Shown here piece by piece: positions 1 through 10,119 of a DNA stretch of 44,677 nt. Under the pieces are notes generated by a model. That model was not told the origin of the DNA. It ran no database searches and saw only the letters and a list, made by a program, of their open reading frames with translations. The position numbers and the translations under genes were made by a program. Location of the stretch: sequence record SRR31156797_9235; one strand, written 5' to 3'. Every line of letters begins with the position of its first letter. Within the stretch, counting starts at the first letter, position 1.

Positions 1-36
1 TGAGCCGGTGGCTCTAGCCAACTGAGCTATTGGCCC
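1..36 (-). tRNA. tRNA 5' half, truncated by window edge; probably tRNA-Ile2/Met (CAT)
   Basis: Reverse complement GGGCCAATAGCTCAGTTGGCTAGAGCCACCGGCTCA gives acceptor 5' strand, D-arm and anticodon stem ACCGG, with the loop starting CTCA. Lies downstream of rpoD. Confidence 0.85.
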
Positions 37-232
37 TCAAATTTTATAATTCACTTCGTTGTAATAAGTCACAACTCCGTTCTCTCTCTGTTCACCCATC
101 AGCCAACAGGTCGGCTTCGGCTAACTCCGAGAGGAACATCCTGTTCCTTGATATTGATTGTAACGGACATAATGTCCCTTAGCCTCAAAACATCCCCGTA
201 TGTAGAACAAATCTGCCCCACGAGGGAGAAAA

Positions 233-262
233 ACTTTAAACCAAAATTGACTGGTTTGTCAA
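233..262 (-). promoter_or_regulatory. Sigma70-type promoter for the tRNA leader
   Basis: Minus strand TTGACA (262-257), 18-nt spacer, TAAAGT (238-233). Confidence 0.6.
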
Positions 263-270
263 TAGTTTTC

Positions 271-2226
271 TTATTCGGTAAAGGTTTTCAGTATGCGGCT
301 TCTTGTCGGGTGGCGTAACTTCCGAAGTGCTTTCGCTTCGATCTGTCTGATACGCTCACGTGTAACATTGAACTGCTTACCTACCTCTTCAAGTGTATGG
401 TCGGAATCGCACTCGATACCGAACCTCAGTTTAAGGACACTCGCCTCTCTGTGAGAGAGAGTTTCAAGTATGTGCTTAGTGTGCTCCTTCAGCTTAAGGT
501 ATGTAACCTCTTCTGAAGGGTTCTTAGCAGACTTGTCCTCAATAAAGTCACCGAGTGAGCTGTCTTCATCTTCACCGATAGGTGTTTCGAGGGAAACAGG
601 CTCTTTAGCGATCTTCATTACCTTCTTTATCTTTTCGACAGGAATATCCATCTTACCGGATATCTCCTCAGGCGTAGGCTCTCTGCCCATATCCTGCTGG
701 AGCTGTCTGGTTATCTTCATCATCTTATTTATGGTTTCGATCATGTGTACAGGGATACGGATAGTACGTGCCTGATCAGCGATAGCCCTTGTAATAGCCT
801 GCCTGATCCACCATGTAGCATATGTTGAGAACTTATACCCACGCTTATACTCGAACTTCTCCACAGCCTTCATAAGACCGATGTTCCCTTCCTGAATAAG
901 GTCGAGGAACTGGAGACCTCTGTTTGTGTACTTCTTAGCGATAGATACAACAAGGCGGAGGTTAGCTTCGATAAGCTTAGATTTTGCTCTCTCAGTTTCG
1001 TTCTCACCCATAAGGAGTGAGTCGTGTATAACGTCAAGCTCAGCCTTGTCGAACCCGAGGGAACCCATCGAATCATCAAGACCTTTTTTAGCTTTTCTGA
1101 ATTTTTTAAGGATAATTTCGTAGTCAGGAAGAGCCATTCCCCTGTTTTCACAAGCTCTCATAAGCTCTTCTTCTGTAACTGATGCGGCATCCGTATAATC
1201 TGTATATCTGATTAGTTTACAGATTTTATCTATATCTCTTGTTTTGTTATAGATAGCTTGATGTGCATCTTTGATCTCGTTTGCGATTATGCAGATCTTC
1301 GAGTAATTAACTTTTATTTCAAGGAGCTTAGCTGTGATTTCGTCAACAGTTTCGTGCATCTTCGTTTTGATGTTAAGCATCTCATCGATAGAGCACTTGT
1401 TCTCTTTAATCTTGTCGTTAAGCTCGATATTATTTTTAAGTTCGTCTGCGATGTCTTCGAGGATAGCTATGTACTGAACTTTGATCTGCTCTTCACGCTC
1501 TTGCTGTTCGATCTGCTCTTGCTCAAGCTGTGCAGCTATCTCTTCGAGGGTCATAACTGGCTCAGGTTCCGGTTCCGGCTCCGGCTCTTTTGCCTCTTCC
1601 GGTTTAGCTTCACCATCAGCCTGCGCCTCTGCTCCCTCTGCATTCTCAGTAGCTTCTGCGCCCTCTGCACCTTCTGCATTGGCAGCCTCTTCAGCTTCGT
1701 TTTCAACAGCGTCCAGCTCATCATTCTCAGCATCCTGACCGTCATCAATATCAATAATATCTTTAAGGCGAACGCTATCATTACGAATATTTCTTGCGAT
1801 ATCCATAATCTTCATAGCTGTATTAGGGTAAAGCAGAACGGCACGAACAACCTTTCTCTGACCTTCTTCGATCTCTTTGGCAACTTCGATCTCTTCCTCA
1901 CGGTTGAGGAGAGGAATGTTACCCATCTCTTTAAGGTAGAGCCTAACAGGGTCGTCAGTGCTTATGGTCTCTTCAACTTCTTTCAGAAGAGAGATAGCAT
2001 CTTCATCATCATCATCAGAAAAAATTTCTTGTTTATCAGATTTAGAATCTATTACGTCGATCTTCAGCTGAGCTAGCAGCATCATGATCTCGTCTATAAG
2101 TTCGGTTGAGTGAATGTCATCAGGAAGGTTCTCATTGATCTCATCGAATGTAAGGAAACCCTTTTCTTTACCCAGTGCGATAATTGTCTTAACTTCCGGG
2201 CTACTAATCTTTCGAGATATAGACAT
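271..2226 (-). CDS. rpoD: RNA polymerase primary sigma factor
   Basis: Region 1.1; [11 protein letters not shown] (1.2); [16 protein letters not shown] and [15 protein letters not shown] (2); [20 protein letters not shown] (4). Confidence 0.98.
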   Translation of the reverse strand: MSISRKISSPEVKTIIALGKEKGFLTFDEINENLPDDIHSTELIDEIMMLLAQLKIDVIDSKSDKQEIFSDDDDEDAISLLKEVEETISTDDPVRLYLKEMGNIPLLNREEEIEVAKEIEEGQRKVVRAVLLYPNTAMKIMDIARNIRNDSVRLKDIIDIDDGQDAENDELDAVENEAEEAANAEGAEGAEATENAEGAEAQADGEAKPEEAKEPEPEPEPEPVMTLEEIAAQLEQEQIEQQEREEQIKVQYIAILEDIADELKNNIELNDKIKENKCSIDEMLNIKTKMHETVDEITAKLLEIKVNYSKICIIANEIKDAHQAIYNKTRDIDKICKLIRYTDYTDAASVTEEELMRACENRGMALPDYEIILKKFRKAKKGLDDSMGSLGFDKAELDVIHDSLLMGENETERAKSKLIEANLRLVVSIAKKYTNRGLQFLDLIQEGNIGLMKAVEKFEYKRGYKFSTYATWWIRQAITRAIADQARTIRIPVHMIETINKMMKITRQLQQDMGREPTPEEISGKMDIPVEKIKKVMKIAKEPVSLETPIGEDEDSSLGDFIEDKSAKNPSEEVTYLKLKEHTKHILETLSHREASVLKLRFGIECDSDHTLEEVGKQFNVTRERIRQIEAKALRKLRHPTRSRILKTFTE

Positions 2227-2229
2227 AAT

Positions 2230-3960
2230 CTATGCATCCTCCGGGTCTGACTTTTCCTGCAATTGTTTTTTATTATAGAATTTCTCAATTACTAATCTGC
2301 GTTTCTCATCCATATCAGATGCATCTTTGATCTTCTGATTCATGGACTGAGTCACAGAATTTGCCAGTATCTTTTCTCTGCTGGCAGCTGCCGAACGGTA
2401 CAAATCCGAATTTAATTCATTGACAATTACAGGAGAAAGCTCCTTAGCTATATCGGGTGTACTCAAAAGGACATTGATATTATCACCATTTTCTAAAACA
2501 TCAAGAACTTTTTTGTAAATTTCCGACATTTTTCTGTCATTAAAGTATTCCGGTAAAATGTTGTCTGTGTAGCTGAGGGCAACATCTTCTGGCAATTGCA
2601 CCAGTGCAGCGACAAAATCCCTTTCGCAAAAATACGTTACCCCTCTTCTGCTGGATTCCGCATTTGCGACCTGTGCCCCCGTCTTTCTTAATGTAGTTTT
2701 AGCGGCAGAAATATCAATATCCTTTCTCAGAGTATTTTCATCAACCTGAAACATCACCGCTAGTTTTTCTGCGTAATAGTCCTTCCTGTACGGACTTTTA
2801 ACAGCTGTTAACATATTTTTAATTCTTTCCAAATTCCTAAGCTTCGTATTAAAATCTTTAGACTTTTTCAAAAGCACATCTGCGGCAAAGAGAAAAAGGT
2901 CACGTTTACCTTCCACAAGCTCGTCAAAACCTTCCTTCCCATGCTTATCAAGGAAAGAATCAGGATCATCACCCTCTGGGAAAAAAACAACATATGGAAA
3001 TGTGTCCGCCTGAAGAAAAGTCTCTAGTGATTTCAGAGCAGATTTATAGCCCGCCTGATCACCATCAAAAAGCATATATATATCGCCAGTATATCTCCGT
3101 AAAATCGCTATATGATCACTTGTTAAAGCTGTCCCCATAGATGCAACGCAGTTCGTATAGCCGTATTCATGAAGGCGCATAACATCGAAATAACCCTCAA
3201 CGACCATAGCGTATTCCATCTTGCGCAGAGCCATCTTCGCCTTGTCCATATTATAAAGCACACGGCGCTTCTTGAAAATTTCTGTCTCAGGTGAGTTAAT
3301 ATATTTCGGCTGCTGCCCTGTAGTCGTACGACCTGAAAAGGCGATCGTCTTACCTGTCACACCCTTCACAGGGATCATGACTCTATCGAAAAACATCAGC
3401 CTCAAGCCGTATTTACCCTCTTTGAAAAGACCGGAATTTATAAGCACAGATTTGTCATATTTACGAACATACTTACTTACATCTAAATTAGAAGGAAAAT
3501 AGCCCACACCAAATTCTTCGAGTAATTTATCACTGAAATTACGTTTATATAGATATTCAAGAGGTGCTTTCCCCTCACGGCTGTAAAGGAATTTTCTGGA
3601 ATCTATGATCAGCTCTTCATGGAGAGCGACAATGTCTTTTGCATCTTTGCTCACCTGACTGTTGTCGTACTCAATCTCTACACCGCAACGCTCACCGAGA
3701 AAACGAACCGCATCAGGAAAGCTCAACCCGTGATATTTCATCACAAAAGAGATAGAGTTCCCACCCTCGCCACAACCGAAGCAGTGAAAATATCCCTTAT
3801 CAGGGTGTACATTAAACGACGGTGTTTTCTCAGAATGAAAAGGACAGAGTCCTTTAAAGCTCATCCCGCCGGATTTCTTCAGCGGTACTACCTCGTTGAT
3901 AAGGTTATATATATCAGTCTGTTCAAGTATTTCGTCGATCTTATTATCAGGAATTCTCAA
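2230..3960 (-). CDS. dnaG: DNA primase
   Basis: CPFHSEKTPSF...CFGC zinc finger, PKYINSPET, VEGYFD, FDGDQAG Toprim. Likely TTG start at 3960 (MRIPDNKI) rather than 4023. Confidence 0.96.
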   Translation of the reverse strand: MRIPDNKIDEILEQTDIYNLINEVVPLKKSGGMSFKGLCPFHSEKTPSFNVHPDKGYFHCFGCGEGGNSISFVMKYHGLSFPDAVRFLGERCGVEIEYDNSQVSKDAKDIVALHEELIIDSRKFLYSREGKAPLEYLYKRNFSDKLLEEFGVGYFPSNLDVSKYVRKYDKSVLINSGLFKEGKYGLRLMFFDRVMIPVKGVTGKTIAFSGRTTTGQQPKYINSPETEIFKKRRVLYNMDKAKMALRKMEYAMVVEGYFDVMRLHEYGYTNCVASMGTALTSDHIAILRRYTGDIYMLFDGDQAGYKSALKSLETFLQADTFPYVVFFPEGDDPDSFLDKHGKEGFDELVEGKRDLFLFAADVLLKKSKDFNTKLRNLERIKNMLTAVKSPYRKDYYAEKLAVMFQVDENTLRKDIDISAAKTTLRKTGAQVANAESSRRGVTYFCERDFVAALVQLPEDVALSYTDNILPEYFNDRKMSEIYKKVLDVLENGDNINVLLSTPDIAKELSPVIVNELNSDLYRSAAASREKILANSVTQSMNQKIKDASDMDEKRRLVIEKFYNKKQLQEKSDPEDA

Positions 3961-3985
3961 GTGCAATAACCCCGCAATTGGTGAT

Positions 3986-4019
3986 AAAAAAATGAGACCA
4001 CCCATAAGGGGCAATCTCA
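3986..4019 (-). terminator. Terminator-like hairpin in dnaG leader
   Basis: Minus strand TGAGATTGCCC-CTTAT-GGGTGGTCTCA followed by T7. Confidence 0.5.
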
Positions 4020-4083
4020 ACAAGTGATATATTATACATCATATTTTATAGACAGAGCAGGAAATATCAAATATATTTTTCTA

Positions 4084-5025
4084 ATGTTAGACGTAAACAA
4101 ACTTACAATTGAGCTAAAAAGCAGTAACAACAGCTTTATCATACTGCGTGAAATAAGTTTTTCCCTTAAAAAAGGCGAGATACTCGGTATCGCAGGGGAA
4201 TCAGGCAGTGGTAAAACTATACTAGCCAAAACTATATTGAACCTCATCAGCAAACCTGTAGTTAAAACTGCGGGTGAGATCATCTTTGACGGTAAAAAGC
4301 TCGAATCGGAAAAAGACTTCAGAGCTGTGCGTGGCGAGCGGATATCTATGATTTTCCAAAACCCGACAGCATCCCTTAACCCTGTCTATACAGTTGGAAA
4401 CCAGCTTGTTGAGACCATCCGTACTCATAACCGTAAGATGTCTGTTAGAGATGCTGAAAAACGTGCTGAAAAGCTTCTGACAGAGGTCGAGATACCCCAC
4501 CCGAAAGAACGCCTTCAATCATACCCGCATCAGCTCTCAGGTGGAATGAATCAGCGTGTAATGATCGCTATGGCACTCGCCTCTGAGCCTGAGATACTTA
4601 TAGCTGACGAACCTACTACGGCACTGGATGTAACTATCCAGATGCAGATTGTGGAGCTCATAAAAAAACTGAACCGTGAGAAAGGGCTATCGGTCATTTT
4701 CATAACACACGATCTGTCACTTCTCTCTCAGGTGGCTGACGAAAGCTATATTATGTATGCTGGGGAGCTCATGGAGCGGCTCACCGCTGATCAGCTTAAG
4801 AATAACGGAATGCGCCATCCGTACACCAAAGACCTGCAAAGCTGTGTACCAAAAATCGGCGACGATAGGGAATATCTGAACACGATAAAGGGGACAATCA
4901 CCTTTAACAACAAAGATTTCGACTCAGCCTGTGTCTTTCACCCTAGATGCGACCGTGCCACTGAGAAATGCCGCACAGAAAAACCGCCATTCACTAACGG
5001 CTTCACCTGCTTTTACCCTTATTAA
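4084..5025 (+). CDS. Oligo/dipeptide ABC transporter ATP-binding subunit (OppD/DppD-like)
   Basis: [32 protein letters not shown]-terminal CVFHPRC...C...C motif; likely ATG at 4084. Confidence 0.9.
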   Translation: MLDVNKLTIELKSSNNSFIILREISFSLKKGEILGIAGESGSGKTILAKTILNLISKPVVKTAGEIIFDGKKLESEKDFRAVRGERISMIFQNPTASLNPVYTVGNQLVETIRTHNRKMSVRDAEKRAEKLLTEVEIPHPKERLQSYPHQLSGGMNQRVMIAMALASEPEILIADEPTTALDVTIQMQIVELIKKLNREKGLSVIFITHDLSLLSQVADESYIMYAGELMERLTADQLKNNGMRHPYTKDLQSCVPKIGDDREYLNTIKGTITFNNKDFDSACVFHPRCDRATEKCRTEKPPFTNGFTCFYPY

Positions 5026-6341
5026 ACATTGATTGACTTCCACTTGCCGGAGCGGAAACGCCTCATCAATATAGTCGCTCTGATAACAGTCTCAGCAACG
5101 CAGACGATATAAATCCATATCGGTGTATTAGTTATGTATGACAGCCCCCACGCAGGGAGCATACGAAACAGCCAGAGTGATGCTGTATTTGCGTAAAACG
5201 TATATCTTGTGTCGCCAGCACCTCTAAGACAGCCGGAGAGTACAAATGTCACCGCCAGCGGAACCTGGGAAAGTCCAACAACACGTAGATAAACCGCTGC
5301 ATTCCTTATGGTGTCTTCCCTTTCGGAAAACAGACTCGCCATAGGATATGCAAAAACCATCATCACAAGCCCCATAAAGCCCATAACTACAGCTCCGGAA
5401 ACCACGGTAGCCACCGCATCACGCTCAGCCTCTTCCGGTTTTTCAGCACCAAGACCCTGCCCTGTAAGTGCCATACCGGCAATAGCGAAACCTATCCCCG
5501 GCATAAAAGCCATCCCCTCAAGCCTCAAGCCTACCTGATAACCGGCGAGAGAATCTACACCGTATTTAGCAACAAGCGCAGAGAGCATAAGGTATGAAGG
5601 ATGAGTAGATATCCGCTCCAGCATAACCGGTACACCAACCTTTAAAGCTCGCTTTAAAAGATCAAAATCAGGAACAAGTTTAATAACAATTTTCTTTTTA
5701 GCTATATAAACATACAGATATAAAACTATCTGAAAATAGAAAACAGCAACAGTAGCGAGTGCCGCACCCTGAATACCCATAGGCTCAAACCCGAGATGAC
5801 CGAAAATAAGCACCCAGTCGAGGAAGATGTTCATAATGTTACCCGTGATGCTTATGAAAAGTGGGATTTTCGTAGCACCGATGGCGTTTAAGCCGCTGAA
5901 AAGTACCCCCATCACATACATAGCGGGTATGCCGTATGCGAAGGTTTTCATGTAAATCTCCCCCTGCTGAACCACCTCTTCGCTGGCATTAAGTATCTCG
6001 AAAAGCAAACCGCCGTAGTTATAAGCGACAAATGTCAAAGGTCCTGATATTAAAAATGAAAAGCAGATCATCATAAAAACGGTCTGCCCCGCCTTAGACA
6101 TATCCCTAGCCCCGAAAAACCTCGAGACAAGTGCATTAGTGCCGGTATATATCAGCGACATAAATGCATACATCATACCCATATACTGCATACTGACACC
6201 GACAGCGGCGACACTGGCAGCAGATATCTTCCCTACGAAAAACATATCAATGATCGTTTGAACCATATTCAAAAAGTTATGCATAGCTGAAGGGATGGAA
6301 ATTCGGAGAACTTTTTTGTACCTTTCGCTCAAAATGGGCAT
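5022..6341 (-). CDS. MATE family efflux transporter
   Basis: About 12 TM segments; IDMFFVGKI, MGIQGAALAT, LRGAGDT. Confidence 0.92.
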   Translation of the reverse strand: MPILSERYKKVLRISIPSAMHNFLNMVQTIIDMFFVGKISAASVAAVGVSMQYMGMMYAFMSLIYTGTNALVSRFFGARDMSKAGQTVFMMICFSFLISGPLTFVAYNYGGLLFEILNASEEVVQQGEIYMKTFAYGIPAMYVMGVLFSGLNAIGATKIPLFISITGNIMNIFLDWVLIFGHLGFEPMGIQGAALATVAVFYFQIVLYLYVYIAKKKIVIKLVPDFDLLKRALKVGVPVMLERISTHPSYLMLSALVAKYGVDSLAGYQVGLRLEGMAFMPGIGFAIAGMALTGQGLGAEKPEEAERDAVATVVSGAVVMGFMGLVMMVFAYPMASLFSEREDTIRNAAVYLRVVGLSQVPLAVTFVLSGCLRGAGDTRYTFYANTASLWLFRMLPAWGLSYITNTPIWIYIVCVAETVIRATILMRRFRSGKWKSINV

Positions 6342-6462
6342 AAATTACCTACACTAATTATAAAAATAATAATGTAAGGTTTGTTAAAGGATATTGCAAT
6401 AAATGAATTTACGATCTAATATAGAGTTTAAATCAAATGGCATTTTAATCGGGGAATAAACC

Positions 6463-7149
6463 ATGATAGGGAAGTTTTTCAATAAGAAGCAAGAGGCTGG
6501 TGTTCCTAATGATCCAATTGCTTTCTTTGTGAATAAAAAATGCGACGATATACTCAAAACTAAAACACTCGATATCGACCTTCAGAACGCTGTTTTCTCT
6601 GTTGTCGATACGGAAACCACCGGACTCGATATTAACGAGGCTAGGCTCATTAACGTCGCTGCGGTTAAAGTTCAGAATTACAAAATCATAGATTTCTACA
6701 ATACATTCATAAATCCTGAGATGATGATCCCGAAAGAATCCATCAAGTGGCACAACATCACTGACGAGATGGTGGAGGACAAGCCAACAGTGGATGAGAT
6801 ACTCCCTGACTTCCTTAACTTCGTCGGCGATTCAATCATCGTAGGGCATCATATATCCTTTGATATCAAGATGATAAACAAAGAGATGTCTAACACTTTC
6901 AACTGTCAGATGGGTAACGACTGGCTAGATACCATGCTCATCTACGCTAATGCCATTGTCAAAAAAGACGGGCACTACAGCCTCGACGACCTTCTTGATC
7001 TTTACCAGGTTACCTGTAACGGCAGACACACTGCACTAGGCGATGCGCTCGCTACAGCAGAGGTGTTCACAAAGATGGTAACACAGGTCAACCGTGATTA
7101 CAGAACAGCGAGAGACCTTTCCAGCTGCCAAAGATCATTCACAGGATAA
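6463..7149 (+). CDS. DEDDh 3'-5' exonuclease (DnaQ/PolC-exo-like)
   Basis: VVDTETTGL, VGHHISFD, HTALGDALATAE. Confidence 0.88.
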   Translation: MIGKFFNKKQEAGVPNDPIAFFVNKKCDDILKTKTLDIDLQNAVFSVVDTETTGLDINEARLINVAAVKVQNYKIIDFYNTFINPEMMIPKESIKWHNITDEMVEDKPTVDEILPDFLNFVGDSIIVGHHISFDIKMINKEMSNTFNCQMGNDWLDTMLIYANAIVKKDGHYSLDDLLDLYQVTCNGRHTALGDALATAEVFTKMVTQVNRDYRTARDLSSCQRSFTG

Positions 7150-7159
7150 TCCATTTTAA

Positions 7160-7187
7160 TTGACTATAAAAAAACTGGTGCTATAGT
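7160..7187 (+). promoter_or_regulatory. Putative sigma70 promoter
   Basis: TTGACT, 16-nt spacer, TATAGT with TGn extended -10. Confidence 0.4.
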
Positions 7188-7204
7188 TATTGTAAGGTAC
7201 TCTT

Positions 7205-7609
7205 ATGAATGAATTTCGACAGAATGTTTTTCAGGAAATACTGAAAACTTACGAAAAATTTTATGTCCACCTTATGCCGCACCCGGAGCTGATCATAGGT
7301 TCCCGTGGACTTTTAGGTGATGAGACTAAAAACGGTCTTGTGCTTGTTTTCGGTCCGAATTCCTATGATAAGCTATCCCTTGAAAGTGACTGCATAACTG
7401 TTAATATGAAATTTTCCGGAAGCTGGGAGAGCCTTTACATCCCTCTAAACGCTATCAGTGCAGTGTTTAACGACCCTGTTAAACCTGAGTTCATGTTCAG
7501 CTTTAAGCCTGTTGTGAAAACTGAGGGTAGAACAGAAACCATCATAGAAGATCCTGCTGACAATGATTCTGGCGGGAAAGTGCTTGAATTCCCTAAGAAG
7601 AAAAACTAA
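7205..7609 (+). CDS. SspB-like ClpXP adaptor
   Basis: LVLVFG...ITVNMKFSGSWESLYIPLNAISAVF resembles the SspB core; acidic tail ending KVLEFPKKKN. Confidence 0.65.
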   Translation: MNEFRQNVFQEILKTYEKFYVHLMPHPELIIGSRGLLGDETKNGLVLVFGPNSYDKLSLESDCITVNMKFSGSWESLYIPLNAISAVFNDPVKPEFMFSFKPVVKTEGRTETIIEDPADNDSGGKVLEFPKKKN

Positions 7610-8028
7610 ATTTTCTGTTCAATCCCAAGCTCTTCAAAATAATCAAATAACAAAACAACTGTCTTCGCTGTCATCTCATGACACATCTGCTTTGCCGCAT
7701 CACCCTCGTAACCTTCACGGAGCTTTTCACATATAGATTCATTAAATTCCGATAGAAAAGTATCTCTGAAAGCACTGATTTTATCATGTATCGGGTCAAC
7801 AGATTCAACAGGGTTATCACGCCCGATAAGCATGTTAAGAGCGACTACACTGCCGGTTAGTGCACCGCATGTCTCTTCCCTGCTTCGCCCTATTCCGCCG
7901 CCGAAACCGGTTACAAGGTTTGAATATGAAAAATCTATCTCAGGCAGGTAATATTTCCCTGCCATAAACAGAACTGTTTCAGCACAGTTATAGCCTTCTT
8001 TCTGTATATCCATAGCTTCTTTAAACAT
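7606..8028 (-). CDS. C_GCAxxG_C_C family putative redox protein
   Basis: GYNCAE, GFGGGIG, TCGALTG, ICEKL, QMCHE. Confidence 0.85.
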   Translation of the reverse strand: MFKEAMDIQKEGYNCAETVLFMAGKYYLPEIDFSYSNLVTGFGGGIGRSREETCGALTGSVVALNMLIGRDNPVESVDPIHDKISAFRDTFLSEFNESICEKLREGYEGDAAKQMCHEMTAKTVVLLFDYFEELGIEQKI

Positions 8029-9579
8029 TTAAATCTCCGGTTCGATAATTACTGGGCTGCTATTTTTATAGCGAGGCATAACCATACCAGCAGTAGCATT
8101 GATGTAAGTCGGGTCAGTTACTGAATACTTTTTACCTTTGTACTCTAAAACTGCGCCAGTATTATATCTGCCCAGATTCACAGCGGCAGCGATATGCCCG
8201 GGGAAATCGAGCATAACAACATCCAGTCCTGTCAGCTTTCGAGTGAGGTATGCGAAAAGCACACTCCGGTCTTCGCAGTCGGAATAAGGGTAATATATCG
8301 TCTCTTCAGCGAATAGGAACTTCTCTCTGCCGAACTGTTTATCGTCAGTTTTATACTCAAAGGCGGTCTGAACAAAACGTAGAATAATATCTACAGCCTG
8401 CTTAGCATTCTTACCATCCACAAGTTTTTTAAGCTCGGGAAGTATCGTTTTATCAACCCACTCAGGTGTTGTCGCACCAGTGTAAACAGCAAGCTCTGCC
8501 TGCGGGAAATTGTTAAGATAAGCGACATTATACCTGTTAGCTATCGCTTTTATACTCTGTTTCCTGCCGTCTATATCAAATTTCAGTTCACGTGAAAAAC
8601 CAGCAAAACCGAGCCTCGGGTAAGGCATTTTAGTGAACACAATTGATTTTTTAGCACCAGGATAGCTTCCATTATAGGTGTATAGTGATTCTGTCGGTTC
8701 CTGCTTTCCAAATACATCTACAACATAGTAGCGCTTACCTGAAAAAGTGTAAAAAGGAACACCGAAAAGCTTTCTGTCGGTCGGTATCATCACTTTTGTG
8801 ACACCGTCTTTGCTGTAGCCAAGCTTAGTGTCAAAGCCGGCTTTATTAAGGAAAAACCAGACCATCATCTTCCGCTCAGGTATATTGCCAAGTAGTTTTG
8901 CGGCAAATCTCTCAACTATGTTAACATAGCCCCAGTCGCCAATATTCATCTTTTCAGAACTAGCCTGCATATACTTAAGTGATTTCTTGTAATCTGTCTG
9001 GGCAACAGTTTCCCACCAATTTGCGATTGATTTAGAATTTATAGGTCTCTTCGCTACTGTGCGAAGCTTTTTATCAAAAGGAATATCCAGCACCTTGCCG
9101 TAAAAAGATATCCTTATGCCGACTGGCTCCTGAGAAGGAACATAAGAAGGTTTAGGCTCTTTTACAACTGGCGGTTTCGGTTCGATAACTTTATGTGGAG
9201 CAGGCACAGGAACAACAGGCTTCGGTGCCACTGGTTCAGTTTTTTTTATTTCAGGCTCAGGTTTAGGTTCTGATTTTTTGACAGGCTCAGGCTTTGGTTT
9301 CTCAACCTTCGGCTTAATCGTAATAGGCTTCGGTTTTGATTCCGGCTTAGCTACAGGGATTTCTACAGGTTTCGGCTTATCTAAAAGCTGTTCAGGCTCT
9401 TCGCCCTCCTGTTCGTGCCACTGCTGCTTGAGAAAGGACGTAAACTCACGGTCAATCTCTTCGAGATAGTTAGTATACTCATTCATCTGCTGTTTGAGAT
9501 AATCCTCAAAAGAGTCATTTGCAAAAGCGGAGAACGCCGTAATTGATAATAAAGTGAAAAGCCAGAATATTTTTTTCAT
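8029..9579 (-). CDS. Exported protein with Pro/Lys-rich linker and transglutaminase-like C-terminal domain
   Basis: Signal peptide MKKIFW...AFA, PKPEP-rich linker, SDCEDRS / PGHIA / TDPT triad candidates. Confidence 0.6.
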   Translation of the reverse strand: MKKIFWLFTLLSITAFSAFANDSFEDYLKQQMNEYTNYLEEIDREFTSFLKQQWHEQEGEEPEQLLDKPKPVEIPVAKPESKPKPITIKPKVEKPKPEPVKKSEPKPEPEIKKTEPVAPKPVVPVPAPHKVIEPKPPVVKEPKPSYVPSQEPVGIRISFYGKVLDIPFDKKLRTVAKRPINSKSIANWWETVAQTDYKKSLKYMQASSEKMNIGDWGYVNIVERFAAKLLGNIPERKMMVWFFLNKAGFDTKLGYSKDGVTKVMIPTDRKLFGVPFYTFSGKRYYVVDVFGKQEPTESLYTYNGSYPGAKKSIVFTKMPYPRLGFAGFSRELKFDIDGRKQSIKAIANRYNVAYLNNFPQAELAVYTGATTPEWVDKTILPELKKLVDGKNAKQAVDIILRFVQTAFEYKTDDKQFGREKFLFAEETIYYPYSDCEDRSVLFAYLTRKLTGLDVVMLDFPGHIAAAVNLGRYNTGAVLEYKGKKYSVTDPTYINATAGMVMPRYKNSSPVIIEPEI

Positions 9580-9648
9580 AATCTCACCTGCCAATAACTA
9601 TTATATACTTAATTGACAGGTATTCGAGTGAAAAAGCACAAACTTAAA

Positions 9649-10119
9649 TTAAAATTTAACCTCAAGGATCTCATACTCTATCTCTCCGCCGGGAGCGATA
9701 ACGAGAGCCTCGTCACCTATTTTCTTGTTAACAAGAGCTCTTGCGAGTGGTGACATGATTGAAACAGTACCTGCTGAGATGTTTGCCTCATCAGGACCAA
9801 CAATTTTGTAAGTCTTCTGTTCTTCTGTATCGATATTTTCGATAACAACTGTAGCACCGAAAACAACCTTATCGCCAGAAAGAGTTGTAGTATCAATAAC
9901 ATGAAAGCGTCCCATCTTGCCTTCAAGTTCGCCAATTCTGGCTTCGATCATACCTTGTCTCTCTTTTGCAGCGTCATATTCTGCGTTTTCACTGAGGTCG
10001 CCATGACTGCGCGCTTCTTCAATAGCGGCGACAATCTCTTTTCTATCGACAGTTTTGAGCTTCTCGAGCTCTTTCTTCAGTTTGGCATAACCTTCCGTGG
10101 TAATCGGAATTCTATCCAT
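9649..10119 (-). CDS. greA: Transcription elongation factor GreA
   Basis: ARSHGDLSENAEYDAAKE, SPLARAL. Confidence 0.97.
   Translation of the reverse strand: MDRIPITTEGYAKLKKELEKLKTVDRKEIVAAIEEARSHGDLSENAEYDAAKERQGMIEARIGELEGKMGRFHVIDTTTLSGDKVVFGATVVIENIDTEEQKTYKIVGPDEANISAGTVSIMSPLARALVNKKIGDEALVIAPGGEIEYEILEVKF

Noticed and set aside
6463-7149. DEDDh exonuclease as part of a defence or CRISPR module
   Set aside because: Neighbours are MATE and SspB-like housekeeping genes; no defence context
9170-9400. Repetitive DNA that might be a CRISPR array or VNTR
   Set aside because: It encodes the Pro/Lys linker; no fixed repeat-spacer structure and no cas genes
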